64,000 nt of DNA from NCBI GenBank assembly GCA_012295275.1, contig CM022672.1:29946001-30010000 (forward strand), read 5' to 3'. The position numbers were made by a program, and so were the translations under genes. Under the pieces are notes generated by a model. The model had not been told where the DNA came from. It saw only the letters and a program-made list of their open reading frames with translations, and searched no databases. The DNA comes from Chrysomallon squamiferum (Eukaryota > Animalia > Mollusca). This document shows positions 18,793-32,756 of the stretch, in pieces (the first letter of the stretch is position 1; every line of letters begins with the position of its first letter).

Positions 18793-20780
18793 ATGTAAAT
18801 GAAAACAAGTTTTTCCTAAGATGTAACAGATTTTACCTGTTTCTCCCTTTCAAACAGTAACAGTTATACAGTAAAGATGAAACTGTCTGGAGTGTAAGTT
18901 CACGTTGTCTATGCTTGTCGCGTTTACATGAACTTTTTTTAAATAGACGATTCGTTGATTTGATACTGCCATGTTCTCTACAAAAATGGAAATCTTTTGT
19001 TAATTAAACTGACTACACTATTTTTACCGTTCTAGCCAAAAATATATGTTTTTTAACATAAGTGTGTCTATTCCCACATAATTTATATACATTGTTACGC
19101 TCCATAAAATATGGTTAATTATTTAACTGAAACAAGTGATACATTTACGCGTTTAACATGACTGTAAAATATATCACTTACAACAATCGTGTAATTCAAA
19201 CAGAATGCTGTTACTTTGTTTTTAATCAGTCATATCGACACTTTTTTTGACACAGCATATTTATATATATATGTTATAGAAAAATAAATTTTTAAAAAGT
19301 GGATATTCGTTTCGGAAATCCGGCTGTTAGTTAAACCGGATGTGACACTGCGCAATGCGCAGTACGTAACCACTTTATTTAAGTAGTCATTCTGATGTTT
19401 TCACGCAGATCACGTTAATCAGTTCTATTTATAGAACCTGGTCAATAACCTGCCAGGGCCGGAACTGGCACGAGGAGGGGTCTGAATAGTTACATTTCTA
19501 ACATTATAGGTAATCGTTTGATTGATTGATCGATTGATTGACTGATTGATTGATTGATTGACTGATTGATTTATTTTATCACAGGCAATGGTATAAATGT
19601 TTCATTCTTTATTCTGATATTTTATTTTATTTATTTTATTTTATTTTTATTTTTATTATTATTAATTTGATTTTTTTTGTTTTGTTTGATTGTTTGTTTT
19701 TTTTTTTTTTTTTATTTTTTTTTTTTTTGTTGTTGTTGTTGTATAAATAAAATATCTATACAAACGATCGTTTTAAAAGATTCCTTGTTGGTGTTGATAA
19801 CGGCCCATATTATAATTATAACACTAAAACTACATATTCTGATTATCTTCTTTTAATGGCGTATTTTTCTGTTTCTATTTATTTTTATCTTTTTTTGTTT
19901 CTATTTTTTTTTATCTTTTTTTATTTTTTTTTTATTTTTTCTTTGTCTATTCAGATGTCGTTGAAAGTTAGTGATTTCTTCTTTTCAGAATAAGTTACAT
20001 CTATTATAATTATGCTAAACGAATTTCTCATTGTATGTCACATTTGACTTCCTTAAACATTTTTTTTATATACTTTCTTCCTGGTAGATGATTTCTTCCA
20101 CTTAACCTCTTTATCTTTATTTGTTTCTTTTTTTCTTTTTTTTTTTTTTTTTTTTTTTTTCTTTTTTTTTTTTTTTTATTTTATTTTATTTTTTATTTTT
20201 ACCTGGGTATTTTTTTTCTCTTGCTTTCTATTCACATTTCCATGAATTTCTTGCCAACTGCGCGAACTTACCGGAAACCAATTCGCGACAAAATAGAAAC
20301 CAGTGGAGTTCTTTCTGATCAAAAGTGTCGAGAAAATTACCCTTTGTGTCGAGCTGCCGTGGACGCTTGAGTTTTATTGTTTGTTGTCGACCTGCAAGAC
20401 GACAATTACATTACCGAGGAAAAACAGTCCGACTACAACAACACAGTAAGAACGAAGCATTGATCTGCCAGATTTGTCACACGGAATTACTCCGTCAGTG
20501 GCGCAATCGAACACGTCCTCTGTCTCGATAATCTCAGTCGGATGCACTGTCTGTCTCGATAATCTCAATTAAATTGAAACCAATTTCGGCTGATAGATCT
20601 AATTAACGTTCCTGGTTCCTCCGCTGCAGGCGTGCCAAGTATTTTGCGGGAAGCTGTCACCATGACAACTTAACTATAAACAGCGAATTAGAACTCAGTA
20701 AAGTTTCTTTAGACATATATTCGCGAACTCTGAAATACATTTTCATCTGTAAGGGCGATAGTGGAATGAAGAAATAAACC

Positions 20781-20912
20781 GAGGACGGTCGGTGGCTTAG
20801 AGTGCGTGATTAAATCATTACAGGCCGCGTAATCAGTTCTAACCGCCGTCTTCATTTAGCCATTGCCCATTCCAACCAGAGTGCGTTACTTTATAAAATG
20901 ATGTGGTATGTG
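20781..20912 (+). mobile_element. Decayed SINE 5' part
   Basis: ggtggcttagagtgc...cccattccaaccagagtgc...gtggtatgtg, collinear with other copies. Confidence 0.45.
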
Positions 20913-21046
20913 ATTCACTCTCTCTCTAACTCTAATTCTCTCTGTCAGTCCATCTAATATGTGTGTTTGTGTATTTATATGCATGTATGTATGTATGTGT
21001 GTGTATTTATGTTTGTTTATGAGATATTATTCGTGTCATCTCGTCT

Positions 21047-21124
<78 letters not shown>

Positions 21125-21720
21125 GAGATATACTAATTATCAGTATTCTTGCTGATGCCATTCATCTCCATTTAAACATGAAAGCACAAAACCTAGAGCC
21201 GAATTTTCCTGTAAAACAAAAAATCTCAAAACGTGCCAGTTGAAGCACACAAACCCTGCAACAGAAGACACGAGCTCTCTGACTCTCCGGCCGCCTCCAG
21301 CTCTTAGAATCACAAAGATAGAATTATATTTACTGGAAAAATCAGTTATTTAAAGTGACTATATAAAACTTCGCTGTCCTGATGAGCATTAGGAGAGATT
21401 TTTCCTCGAACTGTCGATTAGTCCGCCTGTCCGTCTGTATATCCATCCGACAATCCGCGTTCTGACAGACAGAGTCAGCTAAATCTTCTGTGGTAATTGA
21501 AAAAAAAATCCTGACAGACAGGTGATGTTAATCAAGACGTAATTATGTCCGTGTAATTTGTCTCAACTATTGTCCAGCTGGTCAGCGTATAACTCGCTGG
21601 TCACTGGTCATCGTCGGTATCGCGATGATGAACGTGCAATACGTGACGGTGGATGTAGTCACGTGGTTTGTTTTTGACTTTCAAATGATAATGAATGAGC
21701 TAAAAACGAGGGAGGGAGGT

Positions 21721-21782
<62 letters not shown>

Positions 21783-22092
21783 GTAAGATTAAATTAGAGA
21801 TAGATATAGAAAAATATGAACAATAAGCTCTGTAATAAATACTTTCTAATGGTTAATTTGATGATGTTGCTATAGGCACGTTATTACACTGAAAAAATAA
21901 AAATAAATAATGTAATGTAAAATAATATAAAATAAAAATAAATAATGTAATGTAAAATAATATAAAATAAAGAAATAATTATATATCTCTAAACATATAC
22001 ACACATACACACACATATCAGGAATGTTCATAGATTCAATTAATATCACAGAAACATTAGTGTATTTTATTTTATTTTACTTTATATATAAA

Positions 22093-22137
<45 letters not shown>

Positions 22138-22832
22138 TCATTACGTATATATATATATTGAAAGGAGCAACTTAAAAACACTATAAAAAATATAGCCTAT
22201 AGCATGACAAAAAGAAAGAAAAAAAAAATGACCTTTTCAAAACCGTGGCGCGATCTCTCAGATGTATATTTCATTTTCTCACTCGCTGTCTCGTTTTACC
22301 AGACGACAAAACGAAACAGAACTCGTAGGTAAATTGGCGGAATTTCTGTAAATAATGTATACTGTCACTTATTAGTCGACACGTTCAGTAATCGATTAAA
22401 CTGCGAATCGGAATTGCCTCTTAAAGCTACACATTTACTTTTGTTCGTCAAAACATAACGACACATAATCGATTGACAATTTGAACCCTAATTGTGCCGA
22501 CTGCCATCACTGTAACCAGATTTCTGTTTGTTCGTTGGTCACGTGATTGCAGTATCGGCCTGAAGTCGATCTTAAAGTGAAAAGGTTAAATAAGTAAATA
22601 AATAAATAAATAAATAAATAATATGATTGTTTTCTAATATTAATTTTCATGTCACACAACTGAAATTATTAGTGATGTCGCATAAAACAAATGATAATCC
22701 TGATTGATTATTTACGTTACTTTACGTTATTTCCCGTTACAGCTAGTGCTCCGTTGATTTCTTTAATCTATATCCTGTATCTATTGTCCTCTCCGTCATT
22801 ACTAAAACACACACACACACATATATAGATAT

Positions 22833-23043
<211 letters not shown>

Positions 23044-23777
23044 TGCTATATCAGAAGCAAGTTTGATATATAATTGTATTAGATGAAATATGCCTGGGCC
23101 TTTGAAATACAAATAAGATAAATAGTCTCTAATACGAAAACACTGTCCCTCAGTTTTTCATTTAATTTATTAACTGACATTACTGAAATGTTTCTGTTGT
23201 TAATTCAGTACTGTAACAGCTATACCATCTGCTATTACTAATACTAATACTGTCACCACCATAACCACCATTACCGCTAATGCTAGAATTACTACAAGTT
23301 TTTGTAACTCAAAATCTCTGCAATTAAAGTTTAAAAGTAATTCCTTCTATCTCTTTAGCTTACTGAGAGATGTTATGCAACATTTCTTACCTTGAAACAT
23401 GTATCCTGTTCAAACAGAAAATAAACATTTTAAGAAAGAAACTGAAGCCGATATATTCAATGGCTGACCTCTGAATGAGCAGAACAGTGTTCAGTGTTAC
23501 TATGACGTTATTTCATTGTTACGTCATAACGGCATATCTTCACACCAGGTGGAGAGTTAAGAATTTAGTATAATAACAATAATAATAACAACAATAATAA
23601 TAATAATAATAATAACAATAATAATAAACAGCTGAAACAAATAACACATTATGGATGAAATGTAAGTAGTTATTTTGAAAAACTCGTTACTTGAATCAGA
23701 ACAATTTACACATGTATTTGTATTCGATTAACATGGCTTAACGTAACGAGGCATATTTGGGGGGGTGTCGGCATGTG

Positions 23778-23817
<40 letters not shown>

Positions 23818-25687
23818 TGTATATGTGTTTGTGTGTATTCACTGTGCAACATGTCGTGTCATATCGTATTCTACTTGGGGTGAAAGTTCAGGCATGTTTT
23901 TTCAATGGTGCATTATCTGAGTACGTGTGCGTGTGTGCGCGTCTTTATAGACATTTCGTAATAATTTGCATGATGAAAAATTAAATATATTAATATCAAT
24001 ATGTATTCATATAGATAGATAGATAGATATAGATATTCATAGAAGATATAGGTACAGAGGAAAATATAAGAAGAAAATATAACAACAGAGGAATATTTAG
24101 CATGCGCTGAAGTAATTAGTTTTTACGTTTAGTTTCCTCGATTTGTTATGACACTAAACAGCGTGCTGTCCAGTTTGTGTTTGACCACAAGAATAACAAA
24201 TCAGATCCGCGATACTTTATAACATTTTACAAAACGACAAATAATAAATATTTACCCTACGTGAATGAAGATTCGTGAAAAAAAAAAAAAATAATATATA
24301 CAGTAAATAGAACAGATTTTCTTAACTGAAGCAGATTTTAAAAATTAACTAAATAAATAAAAAAAAATGTGTATGTATAAAAATGTGTATGTATATATAT
24401 ATGTAACTTCCATATATTGTAACTTTCAATATTTCAAACTATGCCCCGTGACACTGCGAGATAATGCTGTTTGGGTTTTATTTTTTTTCCTAAAACTTTA
24501 AAACTGACCCATAATACGAGGCGTTTAAAAGTGAAAAGTAAAATATATCTTTAATGAAACATATTTATCGTATATGGTGCTTTTTAATAATTATTTGAAT
24601 CCACGTAACACCAGACGATTTTAATTAACTTGGGGCATGGTGTCAATGTCAAATAATCTATTTTTAGAAAAGAGTTTTCGTTAGCGGGCTTGAGATATAA
24701 AACAGTTCAGGGATCCAGTAGTATATCGCAAGAACTGGAAAGTTTAAGTTTGTGAAAGATTATGTAGGTACGTTATCCTGTCCAACTGGTTTAAAATTTC
24801 CACACCAAAGAAATCATGTCCAGACTCACTGAGTACATTATACGTTTTATTTAGATAAAAAAAAATAACAGGAATGATAATGCAGCTGTTAAATCCATCA
24901 GACATATATCCATTTTTAGAAACATAATAAAAAAATATCTAATCTTTTCAGTGAAGACAACTCTCGCACTGTTAGTGTCATTTCTCTCGCAACAGCCGCA
25001 TGGAGCAATTCCTGATGTTTGCAATTACCGGGGAAATGAAATAATTGCTCGTATTTTGAAACGATGCTGATCACATGACGATGACGTCATTTACCTTTGT
25101 TCTTAGAACAACTGTGTTAATTTTTGTGTTAAATTTCAAGTCTGGTTGACTTCACAAAACGCAGTGCTGTCTGTAAATGCACACACACACACACACTGGT
25201 TCTGTTCCATTGTTACTCCGCTGTCGACATGTGTCGCTAGTAGAAGTAATTGTTAACTGGCTGGAACCAGTCGAGACCACACCTGAGTCCATCCTGCAGA
25301 CGATACAGAATTCACACAAAAGTTACTACCCTTGGACCTCGTATCTTAGCAACCGATTTCACACCATTGAATTTGACATAAAGACACTTCGTCGACATGA
25401 ATGGGAGGACAGGAGGAACATATGTTTGGTCGTAGCGCCATCTATAAAATAAAGTTAATAGAAAGAGAGTTACCGGTGATGGATCACGTTTACAAAGCTG
25501 TGTTTGTTAATTAGACGAATAATTGGCTTTCATAAATAAAATAATACTTTCCTCCGACTAACGTATTCGGCAGTGAAATGAAAAAAAATAACGTTTGAAG
25601 TTACAGAGTAAACTGTCAACGAAATAAACAAAAATAAATTATACATAATAAATGAAAATAGAATTATTTGGGTCTGTTTGTTTGTGC

Positions 25688-25787
<100 letters not shown>

Positions 25788-26326
25788 ATGGAAAAAATAA
25801 GCGACACAGAGAAAAAAGACAATTTTAATTCATTTAAATCAAAAACGAATTTGTATTGTACAGGCTACTAGAATAGTCACACTATTACTAAGGTTTGTTC
25901 AGAGACAACGCAAACAAGACGCGATTTCACCAATGTGATTAACATTTTAACTAACAACGTTCTCAATCGCACATCGAGTGTTTTCGAGTCCTAATCACTA
26001 CACGACACAAGAGTTACTTTGTTATCACGCCGATATATCAATACGCCGTGTTTGCTGACGTCTGTCATTTGGCGCGAGAAACAAAGGCCTCCAATGAAGT
26101 GGTATTCATACGCGAGCCGGTCGATTGGTCTCGGTAACAATGACGAAGACAGAGATGTAAATTGGACCATGTGGTGTGAAAATAAAAAAGAAACTTTGAC
26201 AGATGCTGGGATAATCAAAGTTTTGTTGTTGTCCAAACTCTCGTAGTCAAGTATTAAGTGTTTTCCTTAGCAAATATGTCTAATCTTCAGCTGAATTAAA
26301 ATTAACATATCTATCTATCTATCTAT

Positions 26327-26652
<326 letters not shown>

Positions 26653-28899
26653 ACATTTTTGTATATCAAAAATTATTGAATTTATTTCTTATTCAATATA
26701 TCTGAAATGGATTTTGTTTGTTTGTATGTTTGTTTTTGTTTGTTTAATTATGTATTTTTTATTTATGTTTTTTTAATTTTAATTTTAATTTTAATTTTTA
26801 TTTATTTATTTATTTATTTATTTAATTTTTATTTATTTTTTTTTTTATATTTATTTATTTATTTAATTTTTATTTATTTATTTAATTATTGTTTTTTTTT
26901 TAATTTTTATTTTTACTTATTTATTTATTTGTTTGTTATTGTTGTTACTGTTTTGCTTTGTTTTTTAAAACTAGCACCCTTTCAAAAGTTTGTACACTTT
27001 CAAATGATTACAGTACTTTGCTAATAACGAAGTTATTTCCCACTCTTGAATGTATGTAATCTGTTTTATTTACCTTTCTTTGTCCAGTCGTAAGAACAAC
27101 GTTTTTAAAAAGAAACAGTAAACAAAATATATCCAAAAATGTTATTAAAATAATGCAGCTGAGTCATGATGTTTTTCTTATTCCAATAAATCGTTGTGTC
27201 TGTGTATAAGTGTACCGATATTAGCAATGAGAAAAATCAAATCAGCACACCAAACTGAATCAGTTACTTAAATTAATTTGTGTTCGGTGTGAACTGTTGA
27301 CAAAGTAAATAAAACGACATATACAATGTATCAGTGTGTTAATTACATGCATGCTGTGTCACTGAGTGTGAACACACATCTGTTACGTTTTATTGACTGT
27401 AGTGTGGTTTCATATCTGTCTTGTACTACTGTATGTATATGTGTACCTCTCTCTGTGTGTGTGTGTGTGTTTGTGTGTGCGTGTCTGTATGTGAATGATT
27501 GTGTGTAGAAGTATAAGGATTACTTGTATAGGTAAATTAGAGCTATTTTTTTAAGTAAAGAAACGTTGTTTTTTATTTTCTTATCAGTAACAGTTCTGAT
27601 TACTTTTTCAATTTAAAAATGTGTATAATGTTTGTGTGTGTGTGTGTGTGTGTGCGTGTGTGTAATGTTTCTATGTGTGTGTGTCAGCGCGTGCGCGCGA
27701 CCGTGCATCTAGCGCAGAATATACGTGTGAACATTAGGATGCACAGAGTGAAAGAAAGACAGACTGCATACACAGACAAACACAAAACAACATCAGTCAT
27801 GCAAAACAAGAGAAAAAATAGACAGGCAGGTAGGAAGATAAATATACAGAAAGGCAGAGAGTTATGTAAGTTGACAGGAAGGTAGGTAAATACATAGACA
27901 GAAAAACAAACAGACGACAGAAAGTCAGACAGACAGATAGTTAGACAGATTAGATACAGTCAGACAGAGAGATAGTTAGATTAGATATACAGATAGACAG
28001 ATAGACAGACAGACAGCAGACAGAAAGACAAACAGATAAATGGACGGATAGACAGAAAGGTTGATATATTACTTCTTCTCTTTATCTCCACATCATTTGT
28101 CTTTGTTCTTTGTTCAAAGAAAATATTATTTCTTTAACTCGCATGTTGTGTTTTGTGCAAGTTCCACTGCAGTCGTCGACTGGTTTAACACACACACATT
28201 TCCTATTACACATTCCTACTTTTGTTTTTATCTGTATAAATTTCTTGCATTTAATTTCTCTGCCACCACTTTTATTCAGAGAGTCCCTCTATATATTCTT
28301 GCTTTTTTTCTTTTTCTGTTTTTTCTTTCTTTTGATTCATTATTTATTTATTTAGTTAGTTATTTATTTTATTTTATTTTTTGTTTATTTAATTAATTAA
28401 CTTATTTATTGATTTTTGTGTTTATGTGTGTTTGAGCTTTTCCCACTGTAGTCCTTTTCTTTCTTTCTTTTTCTTCTATTTTTGATTTTCATTATTTTCT
28501 TATGCATTTATAAAATCTGTATTTATTCCTAAACAGCACAAGCTAATTACTTAAGAATCATACATACTAGCCACGTATTATCTCTAATACTAAAATGTGG
28601 AGGGTTTTAAAATAACAATTATTCACTCATGAAGAAAATATTTCTGCTATTTATGCACCTGCGATATTAACAGCGTTGCGTTACATGGAAACCTCCCCGC
28701 CTAGGACCCACTCACTAAGCAGCCTCGCTGTAAAACACTTTATGTAGAACCAGAAGTAAAAAAAACAAAAACTAAAAAAATTCCTTCGATAAAATCAAGC
28801 GAAGCTAATTTGAATACTCCGCTAGCACGAGCAGTAAAACAGAGCACTTGAAACTGCATCGGCTGAATCCGTAACGCTTGTTTTGTTGATTTATTTTCG

Positions 28900-29230
28900 A
28901 TAAAATTAGCGTTGTTTAGCGCTCGCATTTTAACCGCTTGTCAATGGTTGTTTGCCGTTCGCCTCGGGGAACGTTATTTCCCATTGAGCGTTATTCCGCG
29001 TAGTCAGTCCGGCCCTTTCATTCACGCGCGAGTTCAATCGTCAGCAGTCGGCGAGTCTCTCTCTCACGCATTGATTGGCTGGCGAGATTTTTACGTAACT
29101 TGACGAAAAGGCGAAAAGAGTTAAAACGCTTGTCACCCTACTACTACAAGAGTTCTTCGTCTGCACGCTGTCCCATGATGCCTCGCGCTGTGTGAGGACT
29201 CTTGTCTCCAGTGTGTGTTGTAAGGGATGT
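28900..29230 (+). promoter_or_regulatory. CpG-rich promoter of gene 3 with inverted CCAAT, TTACGTAA and ZNF143/Staf-like motif
   Basis: High CpG density; ATTGG 29074-29078; TTACGTAA 29091-29098; ACTACAA 29143-29149; TCCCATGATGCCTCGCG 29171-29187 matches the SPH/SBS consensus; immediately upstream of the signal-peptide exon. Confidence 0.65.
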
Positions 29231-29359
29231 CAGAAATCTAAAAACTGTGGGATATAATCTTTTTATGAAGCAAAGATTATGAGGTTTCGGGTGTAAAAAA
29301 AACAACAACCGTAAAACATTAGTAATAGAAAAGAAGGAATTTATTGATAATTAGCAAAT

Positions 29360-29402
29360 ATGTGGATTTTACTACTGTTGGCTTTAGCGTTGCAGATTTC
29401 AG
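29360..29402 (+). CDS. Gene 3 first coding exon: signal peptide MWILLLLALALQIS(G) of an unidentified secreted or membrane protein; downstream exons not found in window
   Basis: ATG, hydrophobic h-region, strong donor CAG|gtacgt, 43 nt phase 1 (typical signal-peptide exon), directly downstream of a CpG-rich promoter. Confidence 0.7.
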
Positions 29403-29928
29403 GTACGTTTTTCTTTTAATTATTTATTATTTACTGCATTGTTTTTTTTTTTTTTTTTGTGTGTGTGTGTATTTCTGTGCGCTCGTGTGTGTGTGTGGGT
29501 GTTATACAGTATTAATCTGTACATAAGTAAGTATAAAACTTCACTGTTGGTTCTGAGTTTCAAATAGTACTGTAATATCAGCAGCTGGTTGTTTTAAATA
29601 CATACGTTCATAATATTTGGTTCGTTGTGCTGTATAATTATTTAGTTCGTGTGTGTAATATTAACTGGTACATTTGATACAGTTATAGCAGTTAATTATG
29701 TCTGATGTGTATATTTGCTCAGGGCGTATACTACGTGTAATTTAAAAAAAAAAAATGTTGCTGAATGAATTCTTAATAACAGTTTTGGTACATAATATTT
29801 ACTTAGGACTTTACTATTAAGAACATATTATGTCAGTGAATGAATGAAAGAACGAATGAATGAAATGAGTGAGTTTTTTAATGACTACTAGGCTATTATT
29901 AAAACATTTTAGTATCATTTATTTTTAT

Positions 29929-29984
<56 letters not shown>

Positions 29985-30011
29985 TGATTTTGTATTTATT
30001 CATTTTTTATT

Positions 30012-30065
<54 letters not shown>

Positions 30066-30392
30066 TGAAAAAAAATGTGTTTATTCACAAGTAATAAACA
30101 GAAGAATAAAAACAAAGCACTAATACATAAATGGCGAATTATAGAATTTTCAAACAAGGAATTATTACTGGCACCTCTGGAACTAGAAAACAGTTCGTTA
30201 GAAGATGGTTATAAAACTGTTTATAGATGTAAAACATGCAAGTTTTATAAATAAATAATTTAAATTATTAAACCTGAGTCATAAACGAGATACAAAATGT
30301 AGATTGCTATTTTTATTTTACTTTATTTATTTATTTAATTATTTATTTGTTTGTTTGTTTGTTTGTTTGTTTGTTTGTTTATATATATATAT

Positions 30393-30427
<35 letters not shown>

Positions 30428-30698
30428 TTTGTTTGTTTGATTATTTTTAATAATAGACAAATAATTATCTTTCAGTAATTCCATGAGTTTTAAACTTATT
30501 TTTTATCACCATTTTGTTTTTGTTCTTTGAATATTTTCTGCAACATTCCTTTTGGGATGGTAAAAATCCGTCTTGCCGTATGAAACGATTAAACCGAATG
30601 CGCCTTAAACCGGTTAGATCTCTGGTTCAAATCCCGATATTTTATGTTCTGTGTACAGTTTTTAGTCAGGCAGAGAATGTACAAATGTTGTGAGACCC

Positions 30699-30771
<73 letters not shown>

Positions 30772-31208
30772 ATTGAGGAATATATCTGTTTTCTCTTTCT
30801 AAATAATTAACAGTTACCAAATGTTGTTTGAGTCTGTCATTAATTTTAAACTGAACTTCCTTCCATCTACTTTTATATTGATAGAAGTCGAAGAATCGCC
30901 GCTGCTCACTCCTGCTACACAATTATTTATCTGTTTTATTTATTTATTTCGTTTATGCTTTATCTTGCTGATACATGCTTAGGAATTTACTCAGGGTTTT
31001 GTAAGAACATTAGTTGGTTAGTTACAATATTACTGTCTTTGATATAGCCTACAGTTTTCATTTAATTATATTATGCTTCAGACTGGATATGCACTAAATA
31101 AAATTATACACCAAAAGAATCCTTTCAGTATCTTAATATTCTAATGGATGCTCTCAAATATACACAGACACACCACATACATACATACATACATACATTC
31201 ATACATAT

Positions 31209-31257
<49 letters not shown>

Positions 31258-31466
31258 AACATAGATATATATATACACACATACACTGAGATTAAGACAG
31301 AGAGAGAGAGATCCACAAAACATACATACAAACACAATATAATTACAACTCACAGTCTGATATACACATACGCCATTATTCATTCAGACAGACTGACACA
31401 CGTACATTTATATTCACATGTACAGAAACAGTAATAGATAAAGACACACGCATACAGCAAAAAGAA

Positions 31467-31559
<93 letters not shown>

Positions 31560-31849
31560 GTTTTCAACACACAAAACTTATCTCCCAGACGTTTCCCTTC
31601 ACGCAGACATTCCCCCACTTGTTACAGTCAAACAGTAACCATTAGTTACTCGAGCAATAAACTAATGTTGACGTTTTCTACCGGAGGCCATGATTAATAT
31701 AACACCGTTTTTCAGTTCTGGTTTATGGTGAGGAACATTCCTTCCAACAACTTGTTTCATTTCATAATTCCAGGCATCCTAGCGGCGGACATTTCTGTTT
31801 AAAACATCACAGTGGTCGTCTTTGTCTTTGTTTGGCACTTTTCAGAAAC

Positions 31850-31883
<34 letters not shown>

Positions 31884-32159
31884 TTACAGCTGGTCTGATG
31901 TTTTACAACAGTGCTATAAATTTTTGATTTTAGCAGTTAAATGGGCTGGAATAATTCCTCGATACTTTGCACGTTTTTGCATGGGTTAAAAATGATTTAG
32001 TTAATCTACTGTGAAATCTCGAGAGTAAGTCGCTAAAATAAACCAATTTCTTGAACTCAAGTGGACTAGATAAAGAAAGATTTAGTAAAGCTGTTTAAAC
32101 TACATTACATTTAAATGTTGTGGCTTTTTGTGTGTGTGTGTGTGTGTGTGTGTTTAGTT

Positions 32160-32756
32160 TAGATTTAGACATGGATTCGTTAGATTTAGACATGGGCTTT
32201 GCTAGATCTAGACACACATTCACTAGATTAAGACACAAATTCGCTAGATTTAGACACGGGCTTTGCAAGATTGAGACACGAATTCGTGAGATATAGACAT
32301 GGACTCGCTAGATTTAGACATGGTCTCTCTAGATTTAGACACAGATTTGCTAGATTTAGACACAGATTCGCTAGATTTAGACACAGATTCGCTAGATTTA
32401 GACATGGTCTTGCTAGATTTAGACATGGTCTCGCTAGATTTAGACACAGATTTGCTAGATTTAGACACAGATTCGCTAGATTTAGACATGGTCTTGCTAG
32501 ATTTAGACATGGTCTCGCTAGATTTAGACACAGATTTGCTAGATTTAGACATGGTCTTGCTAGATTTAGACATGGTCTTGCTAGATTTAGACATGGTCTC
32601 GCTAGATTTAGACATGGTCTCGCTAGATTTAGACAGATTTGCTAGATTTAGATATGGTCTCGCTAGATTTAGACATGGTCTCGCTAGATTTAGACACATT
32701 CGCTAGATGTAGACATGGACTCGCTAGATTTAGACATGGTCTCGCTAGATTTAGAC
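32160..32756. repeat. 21-bp minisatellite (TAGATTTAGAC + 10 variable nt), ~28 units
   Basis: Units parsed directly; four main variants acagatttgc, acagattcgc, atggtcttgc, atggtctcgc. Confidence 0.97.

Noticed and set aside
23391-23405. 15-nt minus-strand microexon-like unit (gaacag|GATACATGTTTCAAG|gtaaga)
   Set aside because: Isolated; no partner exons found, and such matches are expected by chance in 64 kb
32160-32756. CRISPR array or repeat-protein CDS (ORFs 32250-32699, 32271-32645, 32299-32706)
   Set aside because: Variable blocks are only 10 nt and recur as four variants, not unique spacers; there are no cas genes. The ORFs arise because the 21-bp unit lacks stops, and 19/22-bp units break frame.
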